DNA of 60,719 bases from a virus: the IMG/VR virus record IMGVR_UViG_3300045988_085035; one strand, 5' to 3'. Each line of letters begins with the position of its first letter. The stretch's first letter is position 1. This document shows positions 46,429 through 54,825 of the stretch, piece by piece. Both the position numbers and the translations under genes were made by a program. Below the pieces are notes generated by a model. That model did not search any database and was not told the origin of the DNA. It saw only the letters and a program-made list of their open reading frames with translations.

Positions 46429-46449
46429 AGAGCCGTAACAGGCTCTTTT
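46429..46449 (+). terminator. Weak intrinsic terminator candidate
   Basis: AGAGCC-GTAACA-GGCTCT followed by TTTAT. The stem is only 6 bp. Confidence 0.35.
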
Positions 46450-46487
46450 ATTATACCCATTTTACACACAAAGAAAGGAGAATCTTT

Positions 46488-46715
46488 ATGTATGCAGTAA
46501 ATGTAAAGGTATTACAGGAAACAGAAAATAAAAGAATCGTACAGGCGTTTATCGTAGCCGATACGGTACCGGCAGAGCTACCGACCACTGGAAAGAATGT
46601 AACAGGCTTGCTTCCTAAGGATGTATTTGCCCCATTTTCGGTCATTTATGTGGTAGCCGATGTATCTGATAAAATGTTCATTGCAGATGAATCTGGCGTG
46701 TTTATCGCGCAGTAA
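46488..46715 (+). CDS. Small hypothetical protein upstream of the fiber genes
   Basis: SD AAAGGAG; 75 aa. Confidence 0.45.
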   Translation: MYAVNVKVLQETENKRIVQAFIVADTVPAELPTTGKNVTGLLPKDVFAPFSVIYVVADVSDKMFIADESGVFIAQ

Positions 46716-46725
46716 GGGGGCATAT

Positions 46726-47394
46726 ATGTTTGATTTTATACAGATCATTCTTTTATTCTATAATCTTGCAGTAAAAAAGGCGAAAGCCTATGCAGATAAA
46801 GTCTTCGGTAAAGTCCCTACCGGTGGACTGAAATGGATAGGGGCAGTGAATTACTATGCAGATCTGCCGAAGAATCCAGAGGAGGGCGAGTGCTACACAG
46901 TCAAATATCTTGGCAGCTCTGGCACTGAGGTCAGCGGAACCGAATATGCGTGGGGGAAACTAGATGGCACATACCAGTGGATTCCTCTGGGACCTGATAT
47001 TGATATCAGCTTGTATGTGAAAAAAGCGGATGCGGACAAAGCATACCAGCCGAAGGGTTCATACCTGACTGCTGTTCCACAGGCGACAGCGAATACCTTA
47101 GGGGGCATTAAGGCAAAAGCGAAGTCTACAGAATCTGTTGAAGCGGCAATCAGTACAGACGGAAAGATGTATGTCCCGGATATGAAAACGTCCGTGGACA
47201 ATACTCTCACGAAAAGCGGATCTGCTGCAGATGCAAAAAAGACCGGTGACGAACTGGCAAAGAAAGCAGGTAAAGTAAAACCGGCAAAAGCAGGAAACCT
47301 TGCATCCCTGGATGCATCCGGGAACCTCACAGATTCCGGTATGAATCCTATTTCAATCAGTGTAGAACAGACCACACTGAAGATTAAATACTAA
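46726..47394 (+). CDS. Tail fiber-like protein
   Basis: ATG at 46726 after AAGGGGG. ANTLGGIKAKAK...DGKMYVPD resembles the LGGVK...DG-L-V motif common in fiber proteins. Confidence 0.5.
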   Translation: MFDFIQIILLFYNLAVKKAKAYADKVFGKVPTGGLKWIGAVNYYADLPKNPEEGECYTVKYLGSSGTEVSGTEYAWGKLDGTYQWIPLGPDIDISLYVKKADADKAYQPKGSYLTAVPQATANTLGGIKAKAKSTESVEAAISTDGKMYVPDMKTSVDNTLTKSGSAADAKKTGDELAKKAGKVKPAKAGNLASLDASGNLTDSGMNPISISVEQTTLKIKY

Positions 47395-47405
47395 GGAGAC
47401 ATGAA

Positions 47406-48488
47406 ATGAATTTTTTGGATAACAAAGATTTGAATGGTACCGCGTATTATTTTCACAGTACCGATGGTGACCGTTATTATGAGGGCATGAACCTCGCTGT
47501 TAAGTTCGCAGAAGAAATTAAAAAGTATTCTGACATCTGGCAGTGGATCAAAGCCAGAATCAAGGCAGGGAACTTTGCGGGTATTCATGTAAATGATTTT
47601 ATTCGTTGGCAGACCACAGACAATAAATGGATCGAGTCACGTGTCGCCGGTATCAACACCTACAGGAGATACGGTGACCGTGAAGTGCCAAACCATATTG
47701 ACTTTATCAGTAAAGACCTGTGGCCGACACTGCATGTAATGAACCCGGTTAATTACAACAACGGTATCATCCCAACTGAGAACCTGTCCGGTGACGGCAC
47801 GAAAACAGCTTTTGTACTGACAAACGAAATGGCAGCTGTCGCAAGCGTGACAATCGGGGGCACTGCTACAACGGCATACACCTATGATGCAGACACACAT
47901 ACAATCACATTTACTGCTGCACCGGCAGCAGGTACAAACAATATTGTAGTAACCGGAACTGGTTCCGAATACCCGTGGTTGGCTTCAGATCTGTATTTGT
48001 ATGCGAACAGTTTAAAGGGTCATGTGGCAGGCGGTACAAGCAAAACATCACCGGTAAAACTGGTAGATTATACAAAAGACGGTATCTGGTCGAAACTTCC
48101 GGAAGCCTTAAAATCTGTAATTGTGACCAAACGTGCATTACTTCCTCAGCGATATTCAGCATCCGGGGTGTTATCAAATAATAATTCCTGGGGCTGGCAG
48201 GATATGGGTAAACTTTGGATTCCATCAGAAATTGAGGTGTACGGACACGGTGTATGGGCTGATAATCCATGGGATAAGGGTGGATTTGTCCAGTATCCAA
48301 TATTCAACTGCAATATGAGGCGTGTAAAAGGACTGGGTGACGGAGGTGGCCGCTACAGCTGGTGGCTGATCTCGGCTTCCGCTGGCTACACCTGCAACTT
48401 CTGTCTTGTCGCCGGCACCGGTGGTGCCAACCACGCCAGTGCTTCCTCCACCTGGGTGGGGCTGCCCGTCTGCTTCCGTATCTCATAA
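47406..48488 (+). CDS. DGR target protein 1 (Mtd-like receptor-binding protein, C-type-lectin/FGE-fold variable C-terminus)
   Basis: The C-terminal 44 aa, YSWWLISASAGYTCNFCLVAGTGGANHASASSTWVGLPVCFRIS, are encoded by VR1. Located in the fiber cluster, immediately upstream of avd-TR-RT. Confidence 0.9.
   Translation: MNFLDNKDLNGTAYYFHSTDGDRYYEGMNLAVKFAEEIKKYSDIWQWIKARIKAGNFAGIHVNDFIRWQTTDNKWIESRVAGINTYRRYGDREVPNHIDFISKDLWPTLHVMNPVNYNNGIIPTENLSGDGTKTAFVLTNEMAAVASVTIGGTATTAYTYDADTHTITFTAAPAAGTNNIVVTGTGSEYPWLASDLYLYANSLKGHVAGGTSKTSPVKLVDYTKDGIWSKLPEALKSVIVTKRALLPQRYSASGVLSNNNSWGWQDMGKLWIPSEIEVYGHGVWADNPWDKGGFVQYPIFNCNMRRVKGLGDGGGRYSWWLISASAGYTCNFCLVAGTGGANHASASSTWVGLPVCFRIS
48345..48477 (+). repeat. 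DGR variable repeat VR1
   Basis: Hand alignment to TR (offset 680 nt) gives about 23 differences, about 21 of them at TR adenines. The 3' 22 nt CCTGGGTGGGGCTGCCCGTCTG are identical. Confidence 0.9.
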
Positions 48489-48501
48489 ATCTTTTAGAAA
48501 T

Positions 48502-48522
48502 CCGGGGGCCTTGTGCCCCCGG
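48502..48522 (+). promoter_or_regulatory. GC-rich hairpin 14 nt downstream of the target-1 stop codon (about 25 nt past the end of VR1); DGR target-recognition hairpin candidate
   Basis: CCGGGGGC-CTTGT-GCCCCCGG (8-bp perfect stem) with no following T-run. A related sequence lies after VR2 at 60579-60600. Confidence 0.6.
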
Positions 48523-48539
48523 TAAGAGGTAAATGAAAT

Positions 48540-49001
48540 ATGAGTAACGTACTTGAAAGGTTCCGCGGTATCTCAGAAATGGAGTTCTATCAGAATGCCA
48601 TAAAGATACGACACGAGATGTCGCACTTTCTTATGAGTGAAAAGAACGTGCCAAAACGCTGGCGATCTGTTTATGCGTATCCGATTATCAACAAAGTGCA
48701 GGAATTGATCGACACGATCATAGATGCAAATAGAATTGTCGCGTACTCGCCTGAGCTGCTGAATGACCGAAAGCAAGGTTTTCAAGATGCTATCGAATTA
48801 ACTGATAAAATCTTTGAACGACTTCAGGGAGCTGTGCAGGACGTGTGGTGGGACATGCTACACAGTGAGCCGGGCAGTTCGGGATACCAGAACCGATTAC
48901 GTATTGAGAAACACGTAGCCGAAATAGGTATTCTTCTGGAATATGAAGAACGTCTGTTAAAAGGCTGCAAATATAAATCGAAACTTGTAAAAAGAAAATA
49001 A
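48540..49001 (+). CDS. avd: Accessory variability determinant (Avd-like four-helix-bundle protein)
   Basis: 153-aa basic helical protein located between VR1 and TR, the canonical Avd position. The call rests mainly on position; sequence similarity was not verified. Confidence 0.7.
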   Translation: MSNVLERFRGISEMEFYQNAIKIRHEMSHFLMSEKNVPKRWRSVYAYPIINKVQELIDTIIDANRIVAYSPELLNDRKQGFQDAIELTDKIFERLQGAVQDVWWDMLHSEPGSSGYQNRLRIEKHVAEIGILLEYEERLLKGCKYKSKLVKRK

Positions 49002-49024
49002 AATATAGTGGTTATATTCTGCAT

Positions 49025-49157
49025 AGTGGCCGCAACAACTGGTGGCTGATCTCTGCTAACGCTGGCAACACCAGCAACTTCTGTAATGTCAACAACAACG
49101 GTAATGCCAACAACAACATTGCTTCCAACACCTGGGTGGGGCTGCCCGTCTGATTCC
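49025..49157 (+). repeat. DGR template repeat (TR)
   Basis: Non-coding copy of VR1/VR2. In the VR reading frame it reads RNNWWLISANAGNTSNFCNVNNNGNANNNIASNTWVGLPV, with 14 AAC/AAT codons. Confidence 0.9.
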
Positions 49158-49475
49158 AAGAAAGAAATCTGATTCCATGTCACTATAGTAGGGTCCAGTA
49201 TAGAGTAGGCTCTTCGGAGCAGAAAACAAGTACCCTTTTTAAGAGTTTTTCTATGGAAGGAGAATATAACCGTCCTGCAGTAAAGCGGGTAAATATGTGC
49301 CTTGACGCGGTTGGCCGGACGCTTCTTGCATGGTCAGGGATGGCGATAATATACGCTGCTTGGAATCCAGCTAAGTACCTGATTACATGACCAGTACCGC
49401 AAAGGAGAACACAACGCGCCCCTACAATAACACTCCGCGAGGCATCTTTATAAAAACAAAAGAGGACTTACTAAT
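49158..49475 (+). ncRNA. TR-RT spacer, candidate structured part of the DGR RNA
   Basis: 318 nt with no credible ORF between TR and the RT start. Contains a GCTC-UUCG-GAGC tetraloop hairpin at 49209-49220. Confidence 0.4.
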
Positions 49476-50678
49476 TTGAATAGTACTGAACGTCATGAAG
49501 CCAAGTACCAACGAAGAAAAGCTGCAAGAGAGGCGAAAAGACGCAAGCACCTCGATCAGTATGACAACTTCAACAACGTAGCCTCGGTTCCAGCTCTTAT
49601 AAGAGCACATTTTGATTCACGAAAAGGCGTTATGTGGAAGGCTTCTGTAGCCAGATATAACGCGCATTTTATTAAATACGCTGTTATGCAGTCCAGAGAT
49701 TTATACACTGGCAAATTCAAATGTTCCGGTTTCTTTATATTCTGGATCATTGAACGGGGTAAAAGAAGACACGTACATAGCTTACACTATGCGGAGCGCG
49801 TGATTCGTCGTTCCTGTTGCATCAATGCTATTGTACCTATTCTTTCCAGTGGGTTGATATACGATAATGGGGCAAGTCTGAAAGGCAAAGGTGTATCGTT
49901 CTCAGTGATGAGATGCGCGGTACATTTACACCAGTATTTCAGGGAAACCGGCAGTAATGATGGATATATCTTGGTTATCGACTTCAAAGGGTATTTCAAT
50001 CATATTTTGCACAAGCCCTTGATGGAGAATGTGATTGATCGTTATATCTTAGATCCAGCGCTGAATGCTCTTGTAAAACAATTCATATCTGCTTCAGATA
50101 TGGAAACGGACAGTGAGAAAGGAAAAGGACTGTATATCGGACCAGAAGACAGTCAGATATATGCAATATCGTATCCAAGTTCTATAGATCATCATATAAA
50201 AGATAAATGGGGACTTAGATTTTATGCCAGATATAATGATGATTCTTATATCATGCTGAAAAGCAAAGAGAAGTTGCTGGAATATAAACAGCAACTTTTT
50301 AGCTTGTATGATGCGCTCGGTATTATTCCGAACCAGAAAAAGACGCAGATCATAAAAATCAGCAGAGGATTTACGTATTTAAAAACCAAATATTTCTTGA
50401 CCGAAACAGGGAAGGTGATTATGAAGCCAGACCACAATGCCATAGTCAGAGAACGTAGAAAGCTGAAGAAGCTAAAGAAGTTTTACGATTCTGAAATCCT
50501 GACATTGCAGCAGATCTGCCAGCAGTATATGTCATGGCGTGGGGCTATTCTGAAAAAGGATGCATTCCGGTCTGTTAAGAATATGGATAAGCTTTTTTAT
50601 TCACTGTACCATGTAAGGCCATGGAGATATAAAAAAGATAAGAAACGGAGGGGTGAATATGAACAGAGAACAGCTTAA
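49476..50678 (+). CDS. DGR reverse transcriptase
   Basis: TTG start after AAGAGGA. LYIGPEDSQIYA matches the DGR-specific (I/L)GxxxSQ motif, and the YxDD box reads RYNDDSY. Located immediately downstream of TR. Confidence 0.9.
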   Translation: MNSTERHEAKYQRRKAAREAKRRKHLDQYDNFNNVASVPALIRAHFDSRKGVMWKASVARYNAHFIKYAVMQSRDLYTGKFKCSGFFIFWIIERGKRRHVHSLHYAERVIRRSCCINAIVPILSSGLIYDNGASLKGKGVSFSVMRCAVHLHQYFRETGSNDGYILVIDFKGYFNHILHKPLMENVIDRYILDPALNALVKQFISASDMETDSEKGKGLYIGPEDSQIYAISYPSSIDHHIKDKWGLRFYARYNDDSYIMLKSKEKLLEYKQQLFSLYDALGIIPNQKKTQIIKISRGFTYLKTKYFLTETGKVIMKPDHNAIVRERRKLKKLKKFYDSEILTLQQICQQYMSWRGAILKKDAFRSVKNMDKLFYSLYHVRPWRYKKDKKRRGEYEQRTA

Positions 50679-50931
50679 TGGAGAGATTGTAGCACTCAAA
50701 TCTTTATTGCAGGATTCAGACTATCAGCTCATAAAGCTGATTGAGAATCTTGCAGGATGCACGAGCATTTTTGAGATTCTTGCAACATTCAAATCTTTTC
50801 TTGCAGAGTTTGGAGAACTGGTGAACAGTCGAAAAGCTTGGCGGGAAAAAATCAATTTGATTGAAGCAGAATTAGAAAAAATGGACGCTGCTGAAAAAGA
50901 GCAGATGGCTACACAGAACAATGAGAGGTAA
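50659..50931 (+). CDS. Coiled-coil hypothetical protein
   Basis: ATG at 50659 after GGAGGGG. Overlaps the RT stop. Confidence 0.45.
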   Translation: MNREQLNGEIVALKSLLQDSDYQLIKLIENLAGCTSIFEILATFKSFLAEFGELVNSRKAWREKINLIEAELEKMDAAEKEQMATQNNER

Positions 50932-50945
50932 GAGAGGATCACAAC

Positions 50946-51224
50946 ATGTACATTGACCAGAGTACGATCATAACTGCGGCAAGTGTTATTACCGCAATCA
51001 CTGTAATTTTTTCTGTGGTCTTTGCAATCTATCGGTGGTACTTAAAACAGAATCATCAGGATGTAGAGATTAAGGCACTTAAAAAAGAACAGTGTCTGCT
51101 GACCTATGGCGTTCTTGCTTGCTTAAAAGGCTTAAAAGAGCAGGGGTGCAACGGACCAGTAACGGAAGCAATTGACAAGATCGAGAAACATGTTAATCAG
51201 GCCGCACACGAACAGGAAGAGTAG
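50946..51224 (+). CDS. Membrane-anchored protein of the lysis cassette
   Basis: One N-terminal TM helix (IITAASVITAITVIFSVVFAIY) followed by a soluble tail. Confidence 0.45.
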   Translation: MYIDQSTIITAASVITAITVIFSVVFAIYRWYLKQNHQDVEIKALKKEQCLLTYGVLACLKGLKEQGCNGPVTEAIDKIEKHVNQAAHEQEE

Positions 51225-51235
51225 GAAGTGATTAA

Positions 51236-51571
51236 ATGATAAAACGGTTGAAAAGGGCCATTTCCAAAATCGGAACGCTGAATATTGTTCTGATTTTGGT
51301 TGGGTCCTTTTTTGTATGGTTTAACTGGCAGATGATATTACTCTACCAGGAATGCGGAAGTATGCCGGAAAGCTACGCTTGCGCAGTTGTAGCAGCCACA
51401 ATAGGGGAGTGCGGTATCTGCGGATGGATCAGAACCAACAAGGATAAAAAGCAGGACAGAAAGTGGCAAAAGGAAGATGAACGGAAGCAGCGGAAAAACG
51501 CTGCTTCTGATAACAACGAAGATTATGAAGGAAATCCAATAAACCCAAATGAAACAGGAGGAAAAGGCTAA
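51236..51571 (+). CDS. Two-TM membrane protein (holin or antiholin candidate)
   Basis: TM segments LNIVLILVGSFFVWF and ACAVVAATIGECGICGWI, with a charged C-terminus. Confidence 0.45.
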   Translation: MIKRLKRAISKIGTLNIVLILVGSFFVWFNWQMILLYQECGSMPESYACAVVAATIGECGICGWIRTNKDKKQDRKWQKEDERKQRKNAASDNNEDYEGNPINPNETGGKG

Positions 51572-51900
51572 TGATGATGAGTATTGAGACATTTTTAATG
51601 TTACTGTTAACAGTATCTATTTTAACCGGTCTGGTTACTGAAGGAGTCAAAAAGCTGGCAGATGAAGCAGGCGAAACCTACAAACCGAACCTTTTAGCGG
51701 GTGCGGTATCTGTAGTTTTATCTGCACTGGTATCCGTTGGCTATATCATTCTTACAGAAACACAATTCACTGATAAGATGGCTGTAATTCTAATCGCCTT
51801 AGTTCTGCTGTCTTGGTTATGCTCTATGCTCGGATATGACAAGGTAATCCAGTCTATTATGCAGATCAAGAATCACCAGAACCCAGAACAGAAAGAGTGA
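51571..51900 (+). CDS. Holin
   Basis: Three hydrophobic helices and a charged C-terminus, directly upstream of the endolysin gene. Confidence 0.65.
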   Translation: MMMSIETFLMLLLTVSILTGLVTEGVKKLADEAGETYKPNLLAGAVSVVLSALVSVGYIILTETQFTDKMAVILIALVLLSWLCSMLGYDKVIQSIMQIKNHQNPEQKE

Positions 51901-51904
51901 TGTT

Positions 51905-53602
51905 ATGAATAAACAAAATATCGCAGTGCTCAGAAACATAATCTATGCAGTAGAAAGCGGCGGTCAGATTTACGGTAAGGCGGATTATTCCTGTTTTATC
52001 GGTGCTGGTGCCAATAATTCAAATGAGAAAGCAATCACCATTGGTGCAGGTCAGTGGTATGCAGGTGAGGCGAAAGAGTTACTGTACCGGATTCAGAGAA
52101 TGAACCCGGCACTATTCAAAAAGATGGATACGCAGAAACTGGAAGCGGATCTGCTTATGAAAAACTGGGCGAGCTACACAGTTCGTCCGGGCAGTGATAA
52201 AGCAAAATGCATTGTCAGCATTATCACTACGGATCTCGGAAAGAAATGCCAGGATACCTATATGGAAGACCAGATTGTAGCATACTGCACTTCAATCACG
52301 AAAAAATATGGGGCAATGCAGGATGGTGCCATGATGGAGTGCATCAATATCTTACACCAGGGCGGCAGCGCTGCACTGGACAGAATCCTGTCTAAGACTT
52401 CCAAACCCTATACCGCGGATAAGATTTACAGCACCTTATGCTTAGACCCGGCAGACCATTCATGTGAGACTCAGGTGGGAGATTATGTTGATCGGCAAAA
52501 AGCAGTTATCAGCATGATCCGTAAATATGCGGTAAGTGAAAAGACCGCGGAAGCAAAAAAGGAGGAAACGACAGTGGCGAAAACAGATTTGCAGAAGTTT
52601 AAGGATCTCGGAAATTATTATGCAAATAACGGTGGCACAAAACCGTATCTGGAGAAAAGGACAGAAGCATATCTTGATGATTTTACCAAAAACGCGGGCG
52701 ATAACAACTTCACTAAGTTTGCCAGAGATGTAAACAACTGGGGTCAGCCCGGTTGTCAGGGACAGCCTTGGTGCGCGGAATATCAGTTCTGGAAACTTGT
52801 ACAGGTGAAAGGCATCAAGAAAGCCTTACAGATCATGGGTGGCGGGTTCTACAACTGCCAGTCCATTACTACCCACGCAAAACAGGCGGGTACATGGCAT
52901 CTCACACCGAAAGAGGGTGCATTGGTTATCTTCCGTAATGGCTCACACGTCGGATCCGTGGAGTCTTTCACATCTCAGCGCGTCAATACCAATGAAGGTA
53001 ATACTTCCAGTGCGCCAGGCGTAGTGGCAAATGGCGGGGCCGTGAGGAATAAATCTTACGCTATTAATGATCCGAACATCGACGGATACGTATGGATTGA
53101 CTGGGATGGTGCGGGAGCGTCTGCTACACAGAGCTGGAAGGCTACAGGAACCGCGACAGCGAACGTGGATGAACTCTACGTACGTGAGACGCCAAACGGT
53201 TACATCTTAGGACAGATCAACACAGGCGATCGCGTTGAGGTAGATGGAAAAACATCTGGAAAGTGGACGCATGTTAAGGTTGCTGGCATCGGAATCGGTT
53301 GGATATATACTACATACCTCACGAAAGATGGTACAGCTGCATCCAAGTCTAACACAATTAAGAACAAACAGAATATGGACGAAAAGCTATTCGATGCGAA
53401 AGCAACTGCAAAGACAGCAGTGCGCACCTGGGCGGGTAGCGAATACCCTACCATTAAGAAAATACCATATCTCGGTAAGGGCAAGAGCGTAGAAGTAATG
53501 AACTATACTCAGAAAGATGAAACCGGTCACAAGTGGTATTTTGTCAGAATCAATAAGAAGTATTTAGGATTTGTAGACACTAAGGATATTAAGAAACAAT
53601 AA
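51905..53602 (+). CDS. Endolysin (N-terminal unassigned domain, CHAP-like amidase/peptidase, two C-terminal SH3b-like domains)
   Basis: CHAP-like Cys (GCQGQPWCAEYQFW) and His (GSHVGSVESF). SH3b-like segments YVRETPNGYILGQINTGDRVEV...WTHVKV and VRTWAGSEYPTIKKIPYLGKGKSVEV...KWYFVRI. Confidence 0.8.
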   Translation: MNKQNIAVLRNIIYAVESGGQIYGKADYSCFIGAGANNSNEKAITIGAGQWYAGEAKELLYRIQRMNPALFKKMDTQKLEADLLMKNWASYTVRPGSDKAKCIVSIITTDLGKKCQDTYMEDQIVAYCTSITKKYGAMQDGAMMECINILHQGGSAALDRILSKTSKPYTADKIYSTLCLDPADHSCETQVGDYVDRQKAVISMIRKYAVSEKTAEAKKEETTVAKTDLQKFKDLGNYYANNGGTKPYLEKRTEAYLDDFTKNAGDNNFTKFARDVNNWGQPGCQGQPWCAEYQFWKLVQVKGIKKALQIMGGGFYNCQSITTHAKQAGTWHLTPKEGALVIFRNGSHVGSVESFTSQRVNTNEGNTSSAPGVVANGGAVRNKSYAINDPNIDGYVWIDWDGAGASATQSWKATGTATANVDELYVRETPNGYILGQINTGDRVEVDGKTSGKWTHVKVAGIGIGWIYTTYLTKDGTAASKSNTIKNKQNMDEKLFDAKATAKTAVRTWAGSEYPTIKKIPYLGKGKSVEVMNYTQKDETGHKWYFVRINKKYLGFVDTKDIKKQ

Positions 53603-53615
53603 TATAAGTAGAAAC

Positions 53616-53649
53616 AGGCTCCTGAGGATTACCCTCAGGAGCTTTTTTT
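53616..53649 (+). terminator. Strong intrinsic terminator after the lysis cassette
   Basis: AGGCTCCTGAGG-ATTAC-CCTCAGGAGCTT (12-bp stem) followed by T7. Confidence 0.85.
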
Positions 53650-53650
53650 A

Positions 53651-53923
53651 GTTTACATAAAATGTAACAAAAAGCGTAACAATCGCGTAACATTAGCATT
53701 TTTAAACGTTACAATGTTACAAGCGAGTGTAACATTGTAACACCGATGTTACATTTTCTGTTACGTCGGAAACACTTGATTTTACAGGCTTTGTAAGGGT
53801 TTGTAACATTGTAACATTTATTTCTAATAGACTTATACAACAGAGGGATTAGAGGATTATAGTACTCCCTATTCTCCCTAATTCGTACAGGTCTATACGT
53901 GCGCGAGAAGTTTGATACATTTT
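53651..53923 (+). repeat. GTAAC-array repeat, copy 3 (273 bp)
   Basis: Collinear with 17581-17853. Eleven GTAAC/GTTAC pentamers with the same terminal hairpin and GC-rich box. Confidence 0.9.
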
Positions 53924-53928
53924 GTGAA

Positions 53929-54007
53929 GTTAAATAAAATTGACTAAACCTATTGACAAGTAAAATATTATTGACTATAATTCACGTAACAGTTAAAAAT
54001 ATTTGAC
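53929..54007 (+). promoter_or_regulatory. Promoter C (TTGACA 53953-53958, 17-nt spacer, TATAAT 53976-53981) flanked by two operators
   Basis: Operators GTTAAATAAAATTGAC (53929-53944) and GTTAAAAATATTTGAC (53992-54007). Confidence 0.75.
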
Positions 54008-54029
54008 TTAAAGAAAAGAGGACAAACAT

Positions 54030-54347
54030 ATGACAAACAAGGAATTGAGGGAAAGTGGTTTCCTGAAAACAGAGTTCGGATCAGAGATGCAGGAGTGCAT
54101 CACTGCTTGGGATCACTGGATAACGGAACTCAGCAAATTTGCATTTAATGTATCAGGTCAAGAGTACCAGCGCGCAAGCAGAGCTGCGAACTGGTGTCAG
54201 GCACAATGGGAAGTCTATCAGCTCGCTATGCGTCAATTCTACGGAATTGAATACAGTTTTAGCAGGACAGGCAAGTGCTTTGGAATCTATACAGAGGACG
54301 GCGAAGAGTATCTGTTTGAGGTCAACAGAAAGGAGATCATAGCATGA
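54030..54347 (+). CDS. Hypothetical protein (accessory module)
   Basis: First gene after promoter C; SD AAGAGGA. Confidence 0.5.
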   Translation: MTNKELRESGFLKTEFGSEMQECITAWDHWITELSKFAFNVSGQEYQRASRAANWCQAQWEVYQLAMRQFYGIEYSFSRTGKCFGIYTEDGEEYLFEVNRKEIIA

Positions 54348-54664
54348 GTTGGATGGCAAAGATTTATTCTTACGAAATGAAAGAGGATGCATCAGGATCT
54401 CTGGATGTTATTGAGTACCTTACAGGTGATTCTCTGGAAGAGATTTACAGAAAAGTATTGTCGGCTTGTAAAAGTCGAAGCTGTACACTTGGAGCAATCT
54501 ATAAAAACTGTAGACCGGGAGAGGTGTACGCGGATGATGCTACTAAGATGGAAACTTTAAGTGAATATCAGATCCTTAAAGGTGAACTCGGTGGCATTAT
54601 AGTATGCCGAAAAAACAAGTCTAAAATTTGTTATGTTAGAGAGAATGTCAAAAAGGAGGCGTAA
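54344..54664 (+). CDS. Hypothetical protein
   Basis: ATGA overlap with the upstream gene. Confidence 0.5.
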   Translation: MSWMAKIYSYEMKEDASGSLDVIEYLTGDSLEEIYRKVLSACKSRSCTLGAIYKNCRPGEVYADDATKMETLSEYQILKGELGGIIVCRKNKSKICYVRENVKKEA

Positions 54665-54666
54665 TT

Positions 54667-54825
54667 ATGTGGGAAGTTTATCTTTACAGAGGTGCAGTGA
54701 CTCAGCATTTTGTTGAGTGCGAATCTGACAAAGCAGCGGAGGAACTCTGCGAGGCTTACGGATGTACATATCTTGATGAGCATGGTGTGGAATGGGGCAT
54801 GGATTATCGAGAGGTGTGTGCATGA
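54667..54825 (+). CDS. Small hypothetical protein (52 aa, below the ORF-track cutoff)
   Basis: Hand-translated MWEVYLYRGAVTQHFVECESDKAAEELCEAYGCTYLDEHGVEWGMDYREVCA. SD AAGGAGG upstream; ATGA overlap with the next ORF. Confidence 0.4.
   Translation: MWEVYLYRGAVTQHFVECESDKAAEELCEAYGCTYLDEHGVEWGMDYREVCA

Noticed and set aside
48824-49183. 119-aa - strand ORF covering the template repeat
   Set aside because: It is open only because the TR is rich in AAC (GTT in antisense) and free of stops. The region is explained by avd and the TR.
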